A stretch of DNA of 63,256 nucleotides, counting the filler, from Diploschistes diacapsis (Eukaryota), in NCBI GenBank assembly GCA_023645945.1. It is 6 parts of 6 records of this genome, joined end to end, with 100 filler letters (N's around TTAATTAATTAA, not from the genome) between each part and the next. Parts side by side here need not be neighbours in the genome. Positions count along the whole stretch, not along the records: positions 1 to 6,709 come from JALAIB010001357.1; positions 6,810 to 13,518 come from JALAIB010001358.1; 4 more parts are not named here. One strand, 5' to 3'. The translations under genes were made by a program, and so were the position numbers. Shown here one piece after another: positions 1-12,512 of the stretch; positions within the stretch are counted from its first letter, which is position 1; every line of letters starts with the position of its first letter. Under the pieces are notes generated by a model. It made no database searches, was not told the origin of the DNA, and saw only the letters and a list, made by a program, of their open reading frames with translations.

Positions 1-1170
1 TCGCCACCCTCCCCAACCTCTCCATCTCCGCCTCCAACGCGCGGCCCCTGTCCCTCAGCACCACCATCCTTGCCCAAACCTCCTCGCTCCTGCCCTCCAG
101 CCCAGGATCTATCACTCTCCTCTCCAACTCCACCAGCCTGACCCTCAGCCTCTCCTCCTCCGCATCCATCGCATAGCCCCTATTGCGCAGCACCTGCGTC
201 TTGGCCGCCAACTCCATCACCTTCCGTGCCAACCTCACGTGGCGACGCCGGCACTCGGCCGCGCGCGGCGCAATCTCGAGGTCGTGCCGCCGCAGCAGGT
301 CCGCAAGGCCGCTGTTGATCTCGTGCAGGCGGCCCTGCAGCACGGTCAGGACGGAGGCTTGGAACGTGATGCGCGATCCGAGCTGCTGGAAGCCGGAGAC
401 GAGGACGGGGATGGAGGAGGCGTCGGGCGCGGACCGCAGGGCGGCTTCCCATTTCTCTTCGTCGTCGGCGGGGCCCGGGGTGTAGAAGGGGCGGTGCTTC
501 GGGTCGACGGAGTTGTAAAGGTAGGTTTTGAAGGGGGATTGGGGGGTTGTGGGGTCCCATTTGCTGGCGAGGGTGAAGATTTGTTCTGGGATCGACTTTT
601 GGCCTGTTGGATGGGTTAGCTGGGAGGTAGAGCGCTTTGAAGTATGGGTGGGTGAGGATGTGACGTACGGGGTTGGAGGTCGGCTTCGCTCCATATTCTG
701 CTGTTGTTGAGGCCTTGCGATTGGTTCAGGGCGTTGTTGAATTGGGGCTGTTGTTGGGTCTGCTGAGCTTGCTGCGTGGTGCTCGCGCCGAAGAGGCCAG
801 TAGATGGCTTTGATTGTCCAAACAAGCCATTTGTCGTGGATGGTTGTATCTGTGTACTGTTTCCAAGGTTTCCAAACACGGACGAGGTAGGCTGCTGGTT
901 CTGGGTCGAGCTGGCGAAATTACCAAAGACAGACGATGTGGGCTGCTGGTTTTGCGTCTGATTCTGGTTCTGGTTTTGGGTTGAGTTCCCAAAGCTCCCA
1001 AAGACAGACGAGGTAGGTTGTTGAGTTTGGATGGCTGAGGCGCCAAATCCTGACTGCGTCGACGCCGAGGTATTGAATGTGCCAAGTGGGGGAGCTGATG
1101 CTAATGCGTTTGAGAACGGGCTGGACGAGGTCGTGGCTGGAGTGATGCGACTGAAGAGGGAGGACGCCAT
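1..1170 (-). CDS. NUP57: FG-nucleoporin Nup57/Nup54-like, 3' end outside window; intron ~604-668
   Basis: ATG at 1170 (MASSLFS...) with SVFG/GLFG repeats and Q/N-rich linker; GTACGT donor at 668, CTAAC branch, CAG acceptor at 604; exon 2 reads RQKSIPEQ..KWDP..FKTYLYN..WEAAL..QVLRNRGYAMD.EEE.L..GR.EEVWARM, typical of the Nup54 domain. Confidence 0.85.
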
Positions 1171-2569
1171 AGCGCTCGCGCTGCAGTTCAACCAGCAAGG
1201 TTAACAGATGAGTGAGGGGGATTGCCAGTGCAAGGAAGGAACAAAAATGAGAATAGTAAGAAATGCAGAGGCAGTCTAGTCTTTACACCAGCATATCATC
1301 AAGAAGCGCAAATGCAGCGCTACCGTAGCTTTGTGAAATATTGAAGTATTAAGATAATGTCAACAATGCGCTGTGTTTCCGCGTGCTTCTTGCCCCTAAG
1401 GTTCGGCTTCGTCTCCTCGCTTAAAATCCCCAAATGCCGTAGAACACGCGTTTATTATATAGTTCTCTCCTCCATAAGTCCTTCCTACAACGTAAGAGGA
1501 CGTGATCCTATAATCTTCTACTACTTTTGCAAAGAAGACTGCCCCTGTGTATATAATTACTCCTGTATCTTTGCCTGGTCATGTATCTCCTCCTACTCTC
1601 AACTGTTTGCCTCGCCTGCTACATTATCCATGATCGATGTTGCGTCTCCTCCACAGCCTACCTGATCACCCTATCATGGAACAAGTTCTTAACTAATGTT
1701 TAACGGGAATAACTTCGACCAGTTTTATATGACTGCGGTAACTTCCATACAGCGAACAGATATTTAACGGATACCAATCAGGAGAAAGATCAACAAAATT
1801 GATTAAATGACAACTAAAGGTTCTCGATAGAAATAAAATGTTTACGTCCTAGAATCCACCAAACAACGCGGAATGGCAACTTTAGAGTTAAGAATGAAAA
1901 CTACGCCGGAGGTTTTGCACAAGTCGATGCTCAGAACTTCCTTTGGGAGTCTGAAGATGTATCTGGACCATGCTTTAAGCGTGCGGTAACAAGTGGCGAC
2001 TTTAAATACTTTAACAAAACCCAACCACTGCACCAAATGATAGCACGATTTAATAGGCTTACTAGTTAACCTTTTATAAGATATTACCTTGCGAGGCTAG
2101 ATAAAGCCTCGCTAGACCATCTTAATCTTGATTTATATTACTAGGAGTTTTAACAGTAAACTACTAAAATAAAATCTTCCAGGTACCATATAGTACCCCA
2201 AAATACGGTTACAGGGATCGCTTGTTTATCCCCTTGGTTTTTCTATCAAGCGATCGTTGTTGCCATCGAAGAAACGCGGAGATAATAATCTAGATTGCTG
2301 TCCTAAACGGATCCCAGTTGGACTCGGCTTCTCCTTAAGGGAAAGTAAGGGGACGAAAGACATAAAAAGAGAGCGCTAAAGATTCTTCGAAATATGATCT
2401 AATATAACCTACGAGTCGACGAAGCATAAAAAGGCCCCCTTAACAATAGATACCTTGGCAATATTATAAACACATCTTCTACAGCCTTAATTATTCTTTC
2501 CGCTACACATGACATTCGCTCATTTGCGCCAAAGTCATCAATGCCTGCTAGTCAAATCTATTTCCACAT

Positions 2570-5500
2570 CTAATCAATACTCTTCCTCAACTTTACTTCA
2601 AATTCGCCGCGCAACTTAACAAAAGCCCTAAGCACTCTAAGAAGGTTTTTATCCTTCATTCCATTCTGATACCAGTCCTCCTCATTATCATTATTAACAT
2701 TTGTATTCTTTGCGTTGGCGGTGCAATAGACGCTTGTATCTTGAATATACTTGCCAGTATCAGTTTCTGCCTGTTTCACGAACGCTTTCTCATTGCGCTG
2801 CGTCTTGAGGGAATCTCGCTCGCTTTGGATACCCAAATTGTTTGTATTGAATAGAGGCACCGACTTCGTTAAGTCGGAAAAACAACCAACAATTGTGTGT
2901 AAAATCGTGTAAAAGTCTTGAAGGATATTAGTATCGTAATAAAATATATGAATTCGACATAGATCTAACATACCTTTCAGGCGCGACCGAATCTCTAATG
3001 CTTGGATCTTATTGGCGTGCTCAATCGTCCTTATATCACCATGCTTAAAGAAATCGAGCAGGTACGCGTTCAATGATGGATCCGATTCCTCTCGATAGAT
3101 AGGTAGGTATGGCATTATTGCTTCTTCCAGGAATACTCCCGAGCGAACGGTATTACATAGCTCAGAGATGATAGGAAATTCGTCACCGTGGCCAGAGAGC
3201 GCGACGAATGCCGAGCGGACGACCGGTGATGGGCCACAGGCGCTGGCTGGTATGTCTAATACTACTTCAGACCCAATATTATATTTCGTGAGCGGAAGTT
3301 TATTGTCTTCATAGTGTAGATACTGATTGATGTATGTCTTAGCATATGCCTTGAAAACAGTCAGAGTCTCGGCGTTATGTGTACTGAGCGCATCCTTTGC
3401 AGCTTTAGGCAACGGTGGGAGAAAAAACTACAGACGAGGAACGCTTGATCGATGTCTTTGCACAGGGTAAGTTAGTAAGGTCCGTTAGGCGGGAGCTTAG
3501 TAACCGAAAAAACCTTTGCCATTTGGATTCCCACAACGACAACATTTCCTAGCAATTCAAAGCCGCGACGACCGGCACGACCAGCCGCCTGGCGGAAGTT
3601 AAGGGCCGTTAGGGACATCGAATCACCTGCAAATACGACAGTTTTGGAGGGCATGTTGATACCCAATGCAAGCGTGCCTGTTGCCAAAACCACTCGCAGA
3701 AATCCTCTGCGGAAGAGCACTTCGACAATCTAAAAATACCTGCCATGCATTCCCGAGTGGTGTACGCCAACTCCACGCTCCAGCCCATGAACAATCCACT
3801 CTGGCACCCTGCAGACACGCAGCTCTGACTGTATTTCGGCTAGCTCTGACATGGCCAGCTTGGTGATGTCCGCGAAATAAAAGCCGTCGATAGGCGCGTC
3901 CGGATTAAAACCAGCCCACACACTGAACGTCGGCGTTGGCCTGTTCACGGGCACGTTCGGCTTTCGAAACTTTCTCATCGTCGTCTTCATCAGCACGAGC
4001 GCGAGCAATTTCCAGCTCTTTCTAGTACTGATCGAAATCAGCTATCTTCTTTTGCCAGGACGACTCAAACGCCTTCCATGCATTTTCTTTACTACAAAGC
4101 TTATCGATCGTGAAATGTGCTAGCGTCTCGCACATAATGCGATCGTAGTTGAATACAAGACACGGTAAAGCGTCTTTAGCATACCGATCAACTAGAACAG
4201 GCAATATGGTAAAAAAAAGGCCATCAGTATCTACTTCGCGATAATTACAGTCTTTGCCGCAGCTATACTTCGTGTTCATATCATCTCGAGCTACCATATG
4301 CTAAAGATTGCTGCCAAGATCTCGGCTAACCAGATCAAACGACGACCATCTACTGCCGGAGTACTTTTTTAAGTTCCGCCTCTTAATTAATAACATCTAT
4401 TTTCTTGACTAGAAGGGGAAGTATTTTTTCTGAATATAGTGACTAAAGAAGACTATATTTCTCAATAGCGTACCAAGACAAACAATCGCGAGCCTCGAGA
4501 CTAAGGTCATTAAACATCCCCTTTTCTCTGTTGATTAAACTAGCGACTAAATGCACAAAGGCAAATACATTCGATCCATCAAAACCAGGGGTATAAATGC
4601 CAGAGAATGCAAGTAGCCCAGAGAAGCAGAATACCTTCGGTGGCACGGAAACGAAACTGCGTAGATTCGAGTATCGATGGTGATGCTGAACTGTAACGAG
4701 CTCGTTGGCATTGGCCATTTCAGTCAATGATAGCCAATCGCTCAACTCCCGGGGATTCCCAACCGTAGCAAAGAGAGCAATGATACGACATGGCGCTTGC
4801 AGGAGAAGTTGCTCCCAGATTACACCGTCCTCTCCCTGGCCAATGCTATGGATTTCATCAAAGATGATGCGCTTGATACGTGTGGACCATGAATTATTCT
4901 TTCCCGCATGCATCGGTGTAAGCAGCATACTCTGGAGCATATGTGGAACGGTGACGAGTATTTGACAGCCAGTAGGATTGTTAATGCGGTAGTCACGTGT
5001 GTAAATAGCCCAGACTGACCGCCCTGCATGCTTGTAATTCTTGGAAAAGCGGCCGTGGATCTCAGCCGCAATCTGGCCGACCAGAGCCGTGGTCGGCGCT
5101 ACATATGCGAGCACACCATCATCATCGGCCTTCAGAACCTTTTCCATGGTGTAGAATGAGATGAATGTTTTTCCAGTAGAGGTCGGTGTTGTTATAAACA
5201 GGCTTTGGTTCTTGTCAATAGCATCGAGAACGCATCGCTGCCAGCCGTCAGGCTCAAAAGGGACGCGCGATTCGGACGCTGAGTCAATGGCCCGATCGAG
5301 GTACGGACCGCAATGCTCAAGTTGGAACTCGATCGGGCTACCGGGAAAGGGAAAATTGATCCCTTTTAAGAGTCCTTAGATCAACGCAGGGAAAGGCTAA
5401 TGGCCGTGATGGCGCATTGGTCTTGATCTCAATTCCAGGAAAGCCAAGTAATATAATAATACCTTTAAGCGCCATTACAACTTCTGGAGTCACGCCCACG

Positions 5501-6300
5501 GTCGCTTTAAACAAGCGATGAAGGGTATCCCATGCTAAAGCAGCAATGCTCATTTTATCAATAGAAATCTTGCCTTTAATAAGAATTTGGAAATGACAAT
5601 CAACAGTAAAAAGCTGAACCTCGGGGCCCAGGTGATCAAACTCATCCAAGCTCTGTAGATATTGAAGGCCGAGTTTGCGACGAATAGTCAGGTCGTCTTC
5701 AGCCAAGATCTCTTTGCACTTAGCTCTCCAGAAATTGGCTTTGATCTCGCTCTTCGGCTTCATAATGATGGCCTTGATTTCGGCGGCAGCTTCAAGCGCG
5801 GCGATCTTACCGCCCTTTTTATTGGGATTACCTGGTTGCTTGTTTCGTTTAGGAGGCTCATTAACATATTCTTGTTGTTTGGCTGGATTGAGAACCCCCA
5901 GCTTTCGATAGTGGCTAGCAGAGCCAGCAACAATAATCTAAGGCTCCAGAACCTTACCGGAGGCATTGGTTAGACTAGCCGCATACACTTGGACTTCCTT
6001 TTAAAAAATTTGATTTTGAGTGAGAGCCTTTTTATCAGCTTATCGCTCGACTTGGACGGATGATCCTTTATTGACTAGAACTTTTTCCTGACTGCGCCAG
6101 TATGAAAGTTCTCTAAAGATTTGGATTTAACTAGAGGTCAGAACTCTGAAATCACCAACGGCGTTAAGATAAATAAAATCGAGATGTCTTTCGAATACCG
6201 AATTCTTAAAGGAAAGAATGGCGCAATCATTGGACAACATGGCTGATACACGTATCCCGCTCTCGATCGAGGCATGTACAGTCACGTGCCAAAAGTAGTT
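2570..6300 (-). pseudogene. DDX60-like (Ski2-like) DExH-box RNA helicase, fragmented by stops and frameshifts; 5' part missing or degraded
   Basis: Collinear fragments: FEPDGWQ..LDAI..PTSTGKT (motif I), YVAPTTALVGQ (Ia), IIFDEIH (II), LFATVGN (III), [31 protein letters not shown] (V), [10 protein letters not shown] (VI); in-frame stops e.g. 4022, 4350-4352, 4383-4385, 4443. Confidence 0.85.
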
Positions 6301-6709
6301 AGGTATCAAATAAACAAATACCACCTACCAACTTTATTGAGCCATTGCGCACTTAATAAAGCTTCAATAAATACGCAAAGTAAATCATTTTAAAGCTCTT
6401 AAATAATAGATTATATTAATATTTAGTTTGCCATCCTTGCGCGTCGATATAAGCCTCTATTCGCTTCGGTATAGAATGCATTAATCTAATTGTTACGATC
6501 CAAGGTACTGTTCGGCAGTGCTTGGCACGCAACAGCTAGTCGGGCACTTCCTAGCCATTTCTTATATATAGTCCAATTAGGGTAACACGGGTCACGTAAT
6601 AAATAAAAGGTCTTAAAGACTATTCTATTTAATCGTAAATAGAAAGAAAGAACGGTAATTTTATTTATTTATTTATTTATTCTATTAAAAAAGTTATTGG
6701 TTATATAAG

Positions 6710-6809
6710 NNNNNNNNNNNNNNNNNNNNNNNNNNNNNNNNNNNNNNNNNNNNTTAATTAATTAANNNNNNNNNNNNNNNNNNNNNNNNNNNNNNNNNNN
6801 NNNNNNNNN
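6710..6809. other. Artificial contig spacer (N44-TTAATTAATTAA-N44)
   Basis: 100-nt N run with a six-frame stop linker; same design occurs five times. Confidence 0.99.
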
Positions 6810-7818
6810 GGGTTCCAGATGTTGGGGCGGGTGAGGAAGGTGGTTAGTACTCTCCCTTTTTTTTTTCCTGCCCCTTCCTACTCTCTTCTTTTTTTTAAAG
6901 GTACAGGAGGCAAGGAGTCTTTGCGCGAGTGTGAGCTCGGACACGGGTAGTTCCTTTGCTTATGGGGAAGAAAGCTAATGGGCGCTGCAGCTCGAGAACG
7001 AAAGGAAGAAGGTCGTGGAAAAAAATGCCGCGAAGCAGGCTGCTGGAGGCGGAGAGGGCGCGGGTGCGGAGGAGCTGAGGAAGGGCGGATAGATTTGGGG
7101 GGACGCATTGTGTTGTGCTGGGCTGGGCTTTTGTGATGATACCCATGTTGGAGATATCTTGCAGAACCGGAAGACGGCGCGCTGGCCGGTCCTCTCTCTC
7201 TCGCTTCGGCGTGGAGGCAGGAGCTGCGCTCGAGCAGGAGGTCGGGCCGGTTACGTACGATCGAGCTTTAGGGTAAGACTTGTTCCGCCAACGCCAGCCT
7301 GGAAATGAAATCCGAGCTTGCGATTGTCAAGTATCATATGCTTGAAATAACAAAAACAAAATTTTTGTCGAGTTGCTCCTGAGAGAATAAAAAAGGCGCT
7401 CTGTTTTGGAAATCCCCCAATGCATCTTCATGCTATCCTGGTAGGCGATGGTACAGAATAATTTGCACACCAGAGACCTTCCTCTACGAGTTTATGCCAT
7501 ACAAGAGCTTTAGGGATCCTTCGGGTCAAGTACAAAAAAGGGCTGAGCTACTTGAAGCTCTCCCTAGACCTTTCAGAACTATTTTGTAGTTAATCTGCAG
7601 CATCTCTCGAGCTCTTGTGTGAGCCTAAAGTCGGCGGGAAAGGTGTTTGGTGTGCAAATTAAATTCAAGATGCCTGCCGGGTAGCCCATAACCGTCTATA
7701 TACACCTTCCGTGCCGGTCCGCGTCCCAAAGTGTTTCCAATATGCTATCCATGCAAAGCAAACCCTTTCCAATCCACCCAAATTAACCATGTAGAACTCC
7801 GTTTCCACCCGATCTTCT

Positions 7819-9571
7819 TCATCGCACGAGCCTCTCTTCCTCTCCTCCTTCGCCCACTCTATACACCCCGTCCACCTCCTCGCTCCTCCTCTCCTCCTCC
7901 TCCACCGCATCCAGCATCTGCATCGTCTCCTCCCTCCTTCCCTCCTCCTCCTCCGCCTCCCCGCTTCTCCTCTCCTCCGCCTCCACCGCATCCAGCATCT
8001 GCATCGTCTCCTCCCTCATCCCCGCCTCCGCCTCCTCTTGATGCGCAACCCCATGTAGTATCTCCCTCGCATCCGCCCGCATCTTCTTGACCTTGATGTA
8101 ATTATACGCCGCAATGCTAGCAATCGTAACGATCAGCCCGCTCACGTTGATCGGCGTTAGCGGGTCGTGGTACACAATCTCCGACGCCGTGATCGTCAGC
8201 ACCTCCTTGAAGATGCCGCAGATGGACAGCGTGACGACGGAGGTGCGCTTCAGCAGCGCGTACTCGGCGCTCATCATGCAGAAGGCGATGGCGCCGGGGA
8301 AGAGAATCAGCAGTATCCCGACCAAAGTGCCCTTCCACGACGCGAGCCGCGCGAAACCCTCGGCCAGCGGTTCGAAGCCTTCGATGGGGATGGCGAGGAC
8401 GAAGATGGCGAGGAAGGTGATGGGAGTGAGGAAGAAGATGCTCGAGAAGGGGTTGGAGGTGGCGGCGTTGCGGAGGAGGAGGATCTGGGTTAGGGCCCAG
8501 CGGAAGCCGGAGAAGAAGGCGGAGAGGAGGATGAGCATGAAGCCGAGGAGGTTGAAGGCTGTTTCGCCGGCGACCATCATTATGACGCCGCCGGTCATGG
8601 TGATGATGATGAGGATTAGTTTCAGCGAGGGAGTTTCGAGGCGGAAGATAAAAGCCCAGAGGAGGACAAAGGCGAGGGCCGAGGACTTGCACATGGCTAG
8701 AGGGTAAGCGATCAGCGGTCTGGGAAGGGCCAGAGACTGAAAGGAGGCTTACTGAAGAACGTGAGTGAGATGAACTTCAGAGACATGTTCCCCAGGCCAA
8801 TGTCCAGACCTGTGGCTGTACCGCAGGGGCCAATGCGGGAGATGTAGAACCAAGGTGTCATCAAGGGTTTCTTCGACTCTGGGGGAGTGCCTTCTTGGCC
8901 TTGCTTGTCATTCTCCTCTGCTTCTACAGCGCGTGCAGGCCTATACTGCGGGAAAAAGTAGAGTGTTGCAGATGCTAGAACGAATTGTACTACCATGTGC
9001 ATGCTGGTTGTGAAGAGCGGAAATCTGAAATCGAGGTTGTCGGGCGAAAACATCCATTTGTTGTACTATCTGAATCAGGAATCCATGCCGACCATCTTCA
9101 GAGCGGGCCACTTACAATGGATATCGATATCGAAAAGACATACCACAGAGCGATCAGCAACGCATTGACGATAGATCGCCTCAGAACGGCGAGATCGGCG
9201 AGCTTGCGTTCATCCTGCGCTGTCAAGGCGTCGCCAGCGACTCTCCCATCTAACGAAGTATCTCTGTTCCTTCTCCTCCGCTTCTGCCTTCTGCCCTCAG
9301 GATCCAGCCCTGCCTCTTCGTCTTCATCGGAGTATGTGGCCTCGAAGTCATCGCCCTTGTTCGGTCTTTCTATTATATCTAGAGTATCTTCATCACTTTT
9401 ATCCACTCTGGCGTGCCCAGTCTCTCGTGATATCAAGTTCCGAACCCCTCCGCCAAGCTGTTGTTTTCCGGAGACGGGTACCCCTGCATTCGTAGGAGAT
9501 GGGGCAAGGGCGGGCGTATGTGATTGCTTTGGAGAGTTCCATGCGTTTGCCTCAAAGGCATTGTGCTCCAT
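7819..9571 (-). CDS. Nucleotide-sugar / triose-phosphate transporter family protein (SLC35C2/Ymd8-like); introns 9066-9115 and 8697-8752
   Basis: LWYVFSISISI|YNKWMF..FPLFTTSMHM..GPCGTATGLDIGLGNMSL..T|MCKSSALAF..GFRWALTQILL..SVVTLSICGIFKE; canonical splice sites restore the frame. Confidence 0.9.
7893..8017. repeat. 81-nt (27-aa) tandem duplication in transporter C-terminal tail
   Basis: TCCACCGCATCCAGCATCTGCATCGTCTCCTCCCTC at 7901 and 7982; peptide REETMQMLDAVE twice. Confidence 0.9.
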
Positions 9572-10132
9572 TCCTGTTACCAAAGCCCACTAGCTGTCCG
9601 GGCCAGTTTCATTTCCTAAGATGAGTTGTGCGAGTGCGGAGAGCTGCTAGTATTCGAACCGCTGAACCCATCCGACCGTGCTTGCGAAAAGAGACGAGCA
9701 GGATGACACTGTTACTTGAATTCCCGAAGAAGATGGTAATACTTGAGCAGGAAAGCAGCCATATCAATTCGTAAGACTAATCGTGTGGTCTCATAATCAC
9801 ACGCAGCCGCTTTGGCCTGCCGAGATCGCGCCAAGGTTGGATCTACGAATGATCTTGCGGAAGAGCAAACCCCAACATCATCTCTGCATGATCATGTTGC
9901 GTTTCCCGCAAAACCCTACTATACTTCGCACAGTATCGTAGTAGTAGCGACTATGATAAGCACAGATATTGCAGAAGCGAATGTTTCGACTCGAGCTTGG
10001 CTTTGTCGTTGATCTAAAGGTTCCATCTAGTGCAGGTATACAATGTGCAGTCTACGACTTTCAAAGCGCACGCCCCGACTGCTTGCTTTGAGTTCGCCAA
10101 ATCTTCCTCCAACAATGCTTTTTTGGATTGCC

Positions 10133-11942
10133 TTATGCCTGATATGTTGAGGCAGACACATTGCCGCCTCTACCTGTCCAGTTGACATGGTTGTCCTTTC
10201 CCTCGGGGTACTTGTCATTTGCGAACTCTGGCTTAATGCGGAAGGTGTGGGCGCCAAAGTAGTCGCGCTGTGCTTGAAGAAGATTTGCGGGTAGATCTTT
10301 CGTTCTGTAACCGTCATAGAAACTGAGTGCAGTGCTGAATGCCGGTGTCGGAATGCCCCAAAGCGCACCTTTACTTACCACATCTCTCCAGCCTGGTTGG
10401 GCCTTGTGGATAGCCTTGTTGAAGAAGTCGTTGAACAGGAGGTTTTCGAGATCCGGCTCAGCACGATAGGCGGCTGTAATGTCCTTGAGGAAGACGGAAC
10501 GGATGATGCATCCACCACGCCACATGAGGGCAATGGAGGGTTTGTTGAGCTTCCAGCTGTATTGCTTGGCAGCCTGTACAACGTCAGTTAGCGGAGTTTC
10601 CCAGCAAATTCTCTTTACTTACGTTCTGGATTAACATGAAACCCTGAGCATAAGAGATAATCTTCGAAGCATAGAGCGCTTGCTCAAGGTTATCAAGGAA
10701 CTCCTGCTTGTCGCCAGTGAAATGGGGCTTTGGACCATCAAGAACCCTAGCAGCGCGACCACGTTCTTCCTTGAGCGAGCTAAGACACCTAGCAAAGACA
10801 GCTTCGCCGATTAATGTTACAGGCATTCCAAGATCCAACGCATTGATAGCTGTCCATTTGCCAGTACCCTTCTGGCCTGCGGAGTCGAGAATCTTCTCGA
10901 CAATTGGAGTGCCATCGTCGTCGTTGTACCTAAGCACATCGCGGGTAATCTCAATCAGGAATGAATCGAGGACGCCCTGATTCCACTTCTCGAAGACGTC
11001 ACCCATCTCCTTGTGCGAAAGTCCTAGGCCGCGCTTCATGATGTCGTACGCCTAGTGCAAGAGTTCAGCTTCCGTTGTGGAGACGACCGGCTAACATATA
11101 TACCTCGCAGATTAATTGCATGTCACCGTATTCGATACCGTTATGAACCATCTTCACATAGTGACCAGCACCATCATCGCCAACCCAGTCACAGCACGGC
11201 TCCCCATCGGACTTGGCGGCTATGGATTGGAAGACATCCTTTATGTACGGCCAAGCTTCTTCATTCCCGCCTGGCATGAGACTGGGACCGTATCGAGCGC
11301 CCTCTTCGCCACCAGATACACCAGTGCCGACGAATCTTATACCCTTCTCCGCCAATGCCTTTGTGCGCCGGTTTGTGTCAGGATAATGCGAGTTCCCACC
11401 GTCGATGATAATGTCGCCCTTCTCGACAAAAGGCAAAAGTGAGTCGATAAAGTCGTCAACAGGCTTTCCGGCCATGACAAGGAGCATCATCCTTCTTGGT
11501 TTCTTGAGCTTCTTAACGAACTCCTCGATCGAGTGTGCACCAATAATGCTCTTGCCTGATAAAGCTAAGCAGTTGGCTTCTGATCGGATTTACGGGTGTC
11601 CTCACCTTTCGCCTCATTTTCAAGGAACCGATCGACCTTTGCGACGGTCCGATTGAATGCAAGAACCTTGAAGCCATGGTCTGCTGCGTTCATGATTAGG
11701 TTCTGGCCCATAACCGCCAAGCCGATGAGGCCGAAATCTGCACTGAGTAAGCATAAGCCAGCCATGCCGGCTCAGAGCCGGTATGGCAGGCGAGCCAGTC
11801 AGCGATCATATGCAACTGGAGACGATGAATTACATGCGGAACAGTATGGGCTTGAGGCTGTATCAGAGCCGTCTTGGACTTTGGAGGACTCGCTATTCGT
11901 AATAATGTTGGAGAATGCTACTTACAGTTCGCTGTCCGACAT
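10133..11942 (-). CDS. GND1: 6-phosphogluconate dehydrogenase, decarboxylating (multi-exon)
   Basis: [88 protein letters not shown]; intron 1 at 11743-11925 plus further short introns. Confidence 0.97.
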
Positions 11943-12512
11943 GGCGGATGTAATTTCACTTGTCTCGGTATTCAGAAAGGATATTGTAGAATTGAAATGA
12001 TTAGCTAGACTTCGAAGTCTGCGTGCTTGTGTAGAGGCAGAGGCAGTGATAGAGGCCGAAGGGGTGATGGAATCTTTTATGGACATTGATAGTGGGGTTG
12101 TTCCTTTTCATGCGCCATATTCCAGTAAGCATAACTTGTACGGGTCTTGGCACTTCAACGACGGACGTGTATTCGCTTCGGTGAAAGTAGTGCAATCGTT
12201 ACCCATGACATTGGCTAGAAAGAACTTACTGGGTACAAGGAACGGGGCTGTCTGAATAGTTCTCATCTATTGGACTAAAGTGTAAGTTAGGGCTGCTGTA
12301 GCTTTTGAAGAGGCTGCCTCAGGCGCACACCCCGTTGCTCACCACGGAGTTACTACTACTTGCGAACCTGATCTAGTTTTGTGCATAGAACCTTTGGTCT
12401 ACTTTGTATGTTTTGACCAGGCCCTGCACCCTGTCCAACGTCTCAGTCACGGCCCATTTGTGACAGGTACGTTTCTTAATTTCACCGAGAATCAAGAGCC
12501 TAGATATCCATC

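Noticed and set aside
6710..6809. TTAATTAATTAA palindrome flanked by N runs, repeated five times
   Set aside because: Artificial contig-joining linker; ORFs containing X residues and gene adjacency across it are artefacts
6810..7150. Short minus-strand ORFs at a contig start (possible first exon)
   Set aside because: No recognisable motif and truncated by the spacer
8114..8707. Long antisense or alternate-frame ORFs over GC-rich genes (also 12839-13499, 14309-14848, 52048-52650, 60564-61070)
   Set aside because: Shadow ORFs caused by codon bias of the real gene
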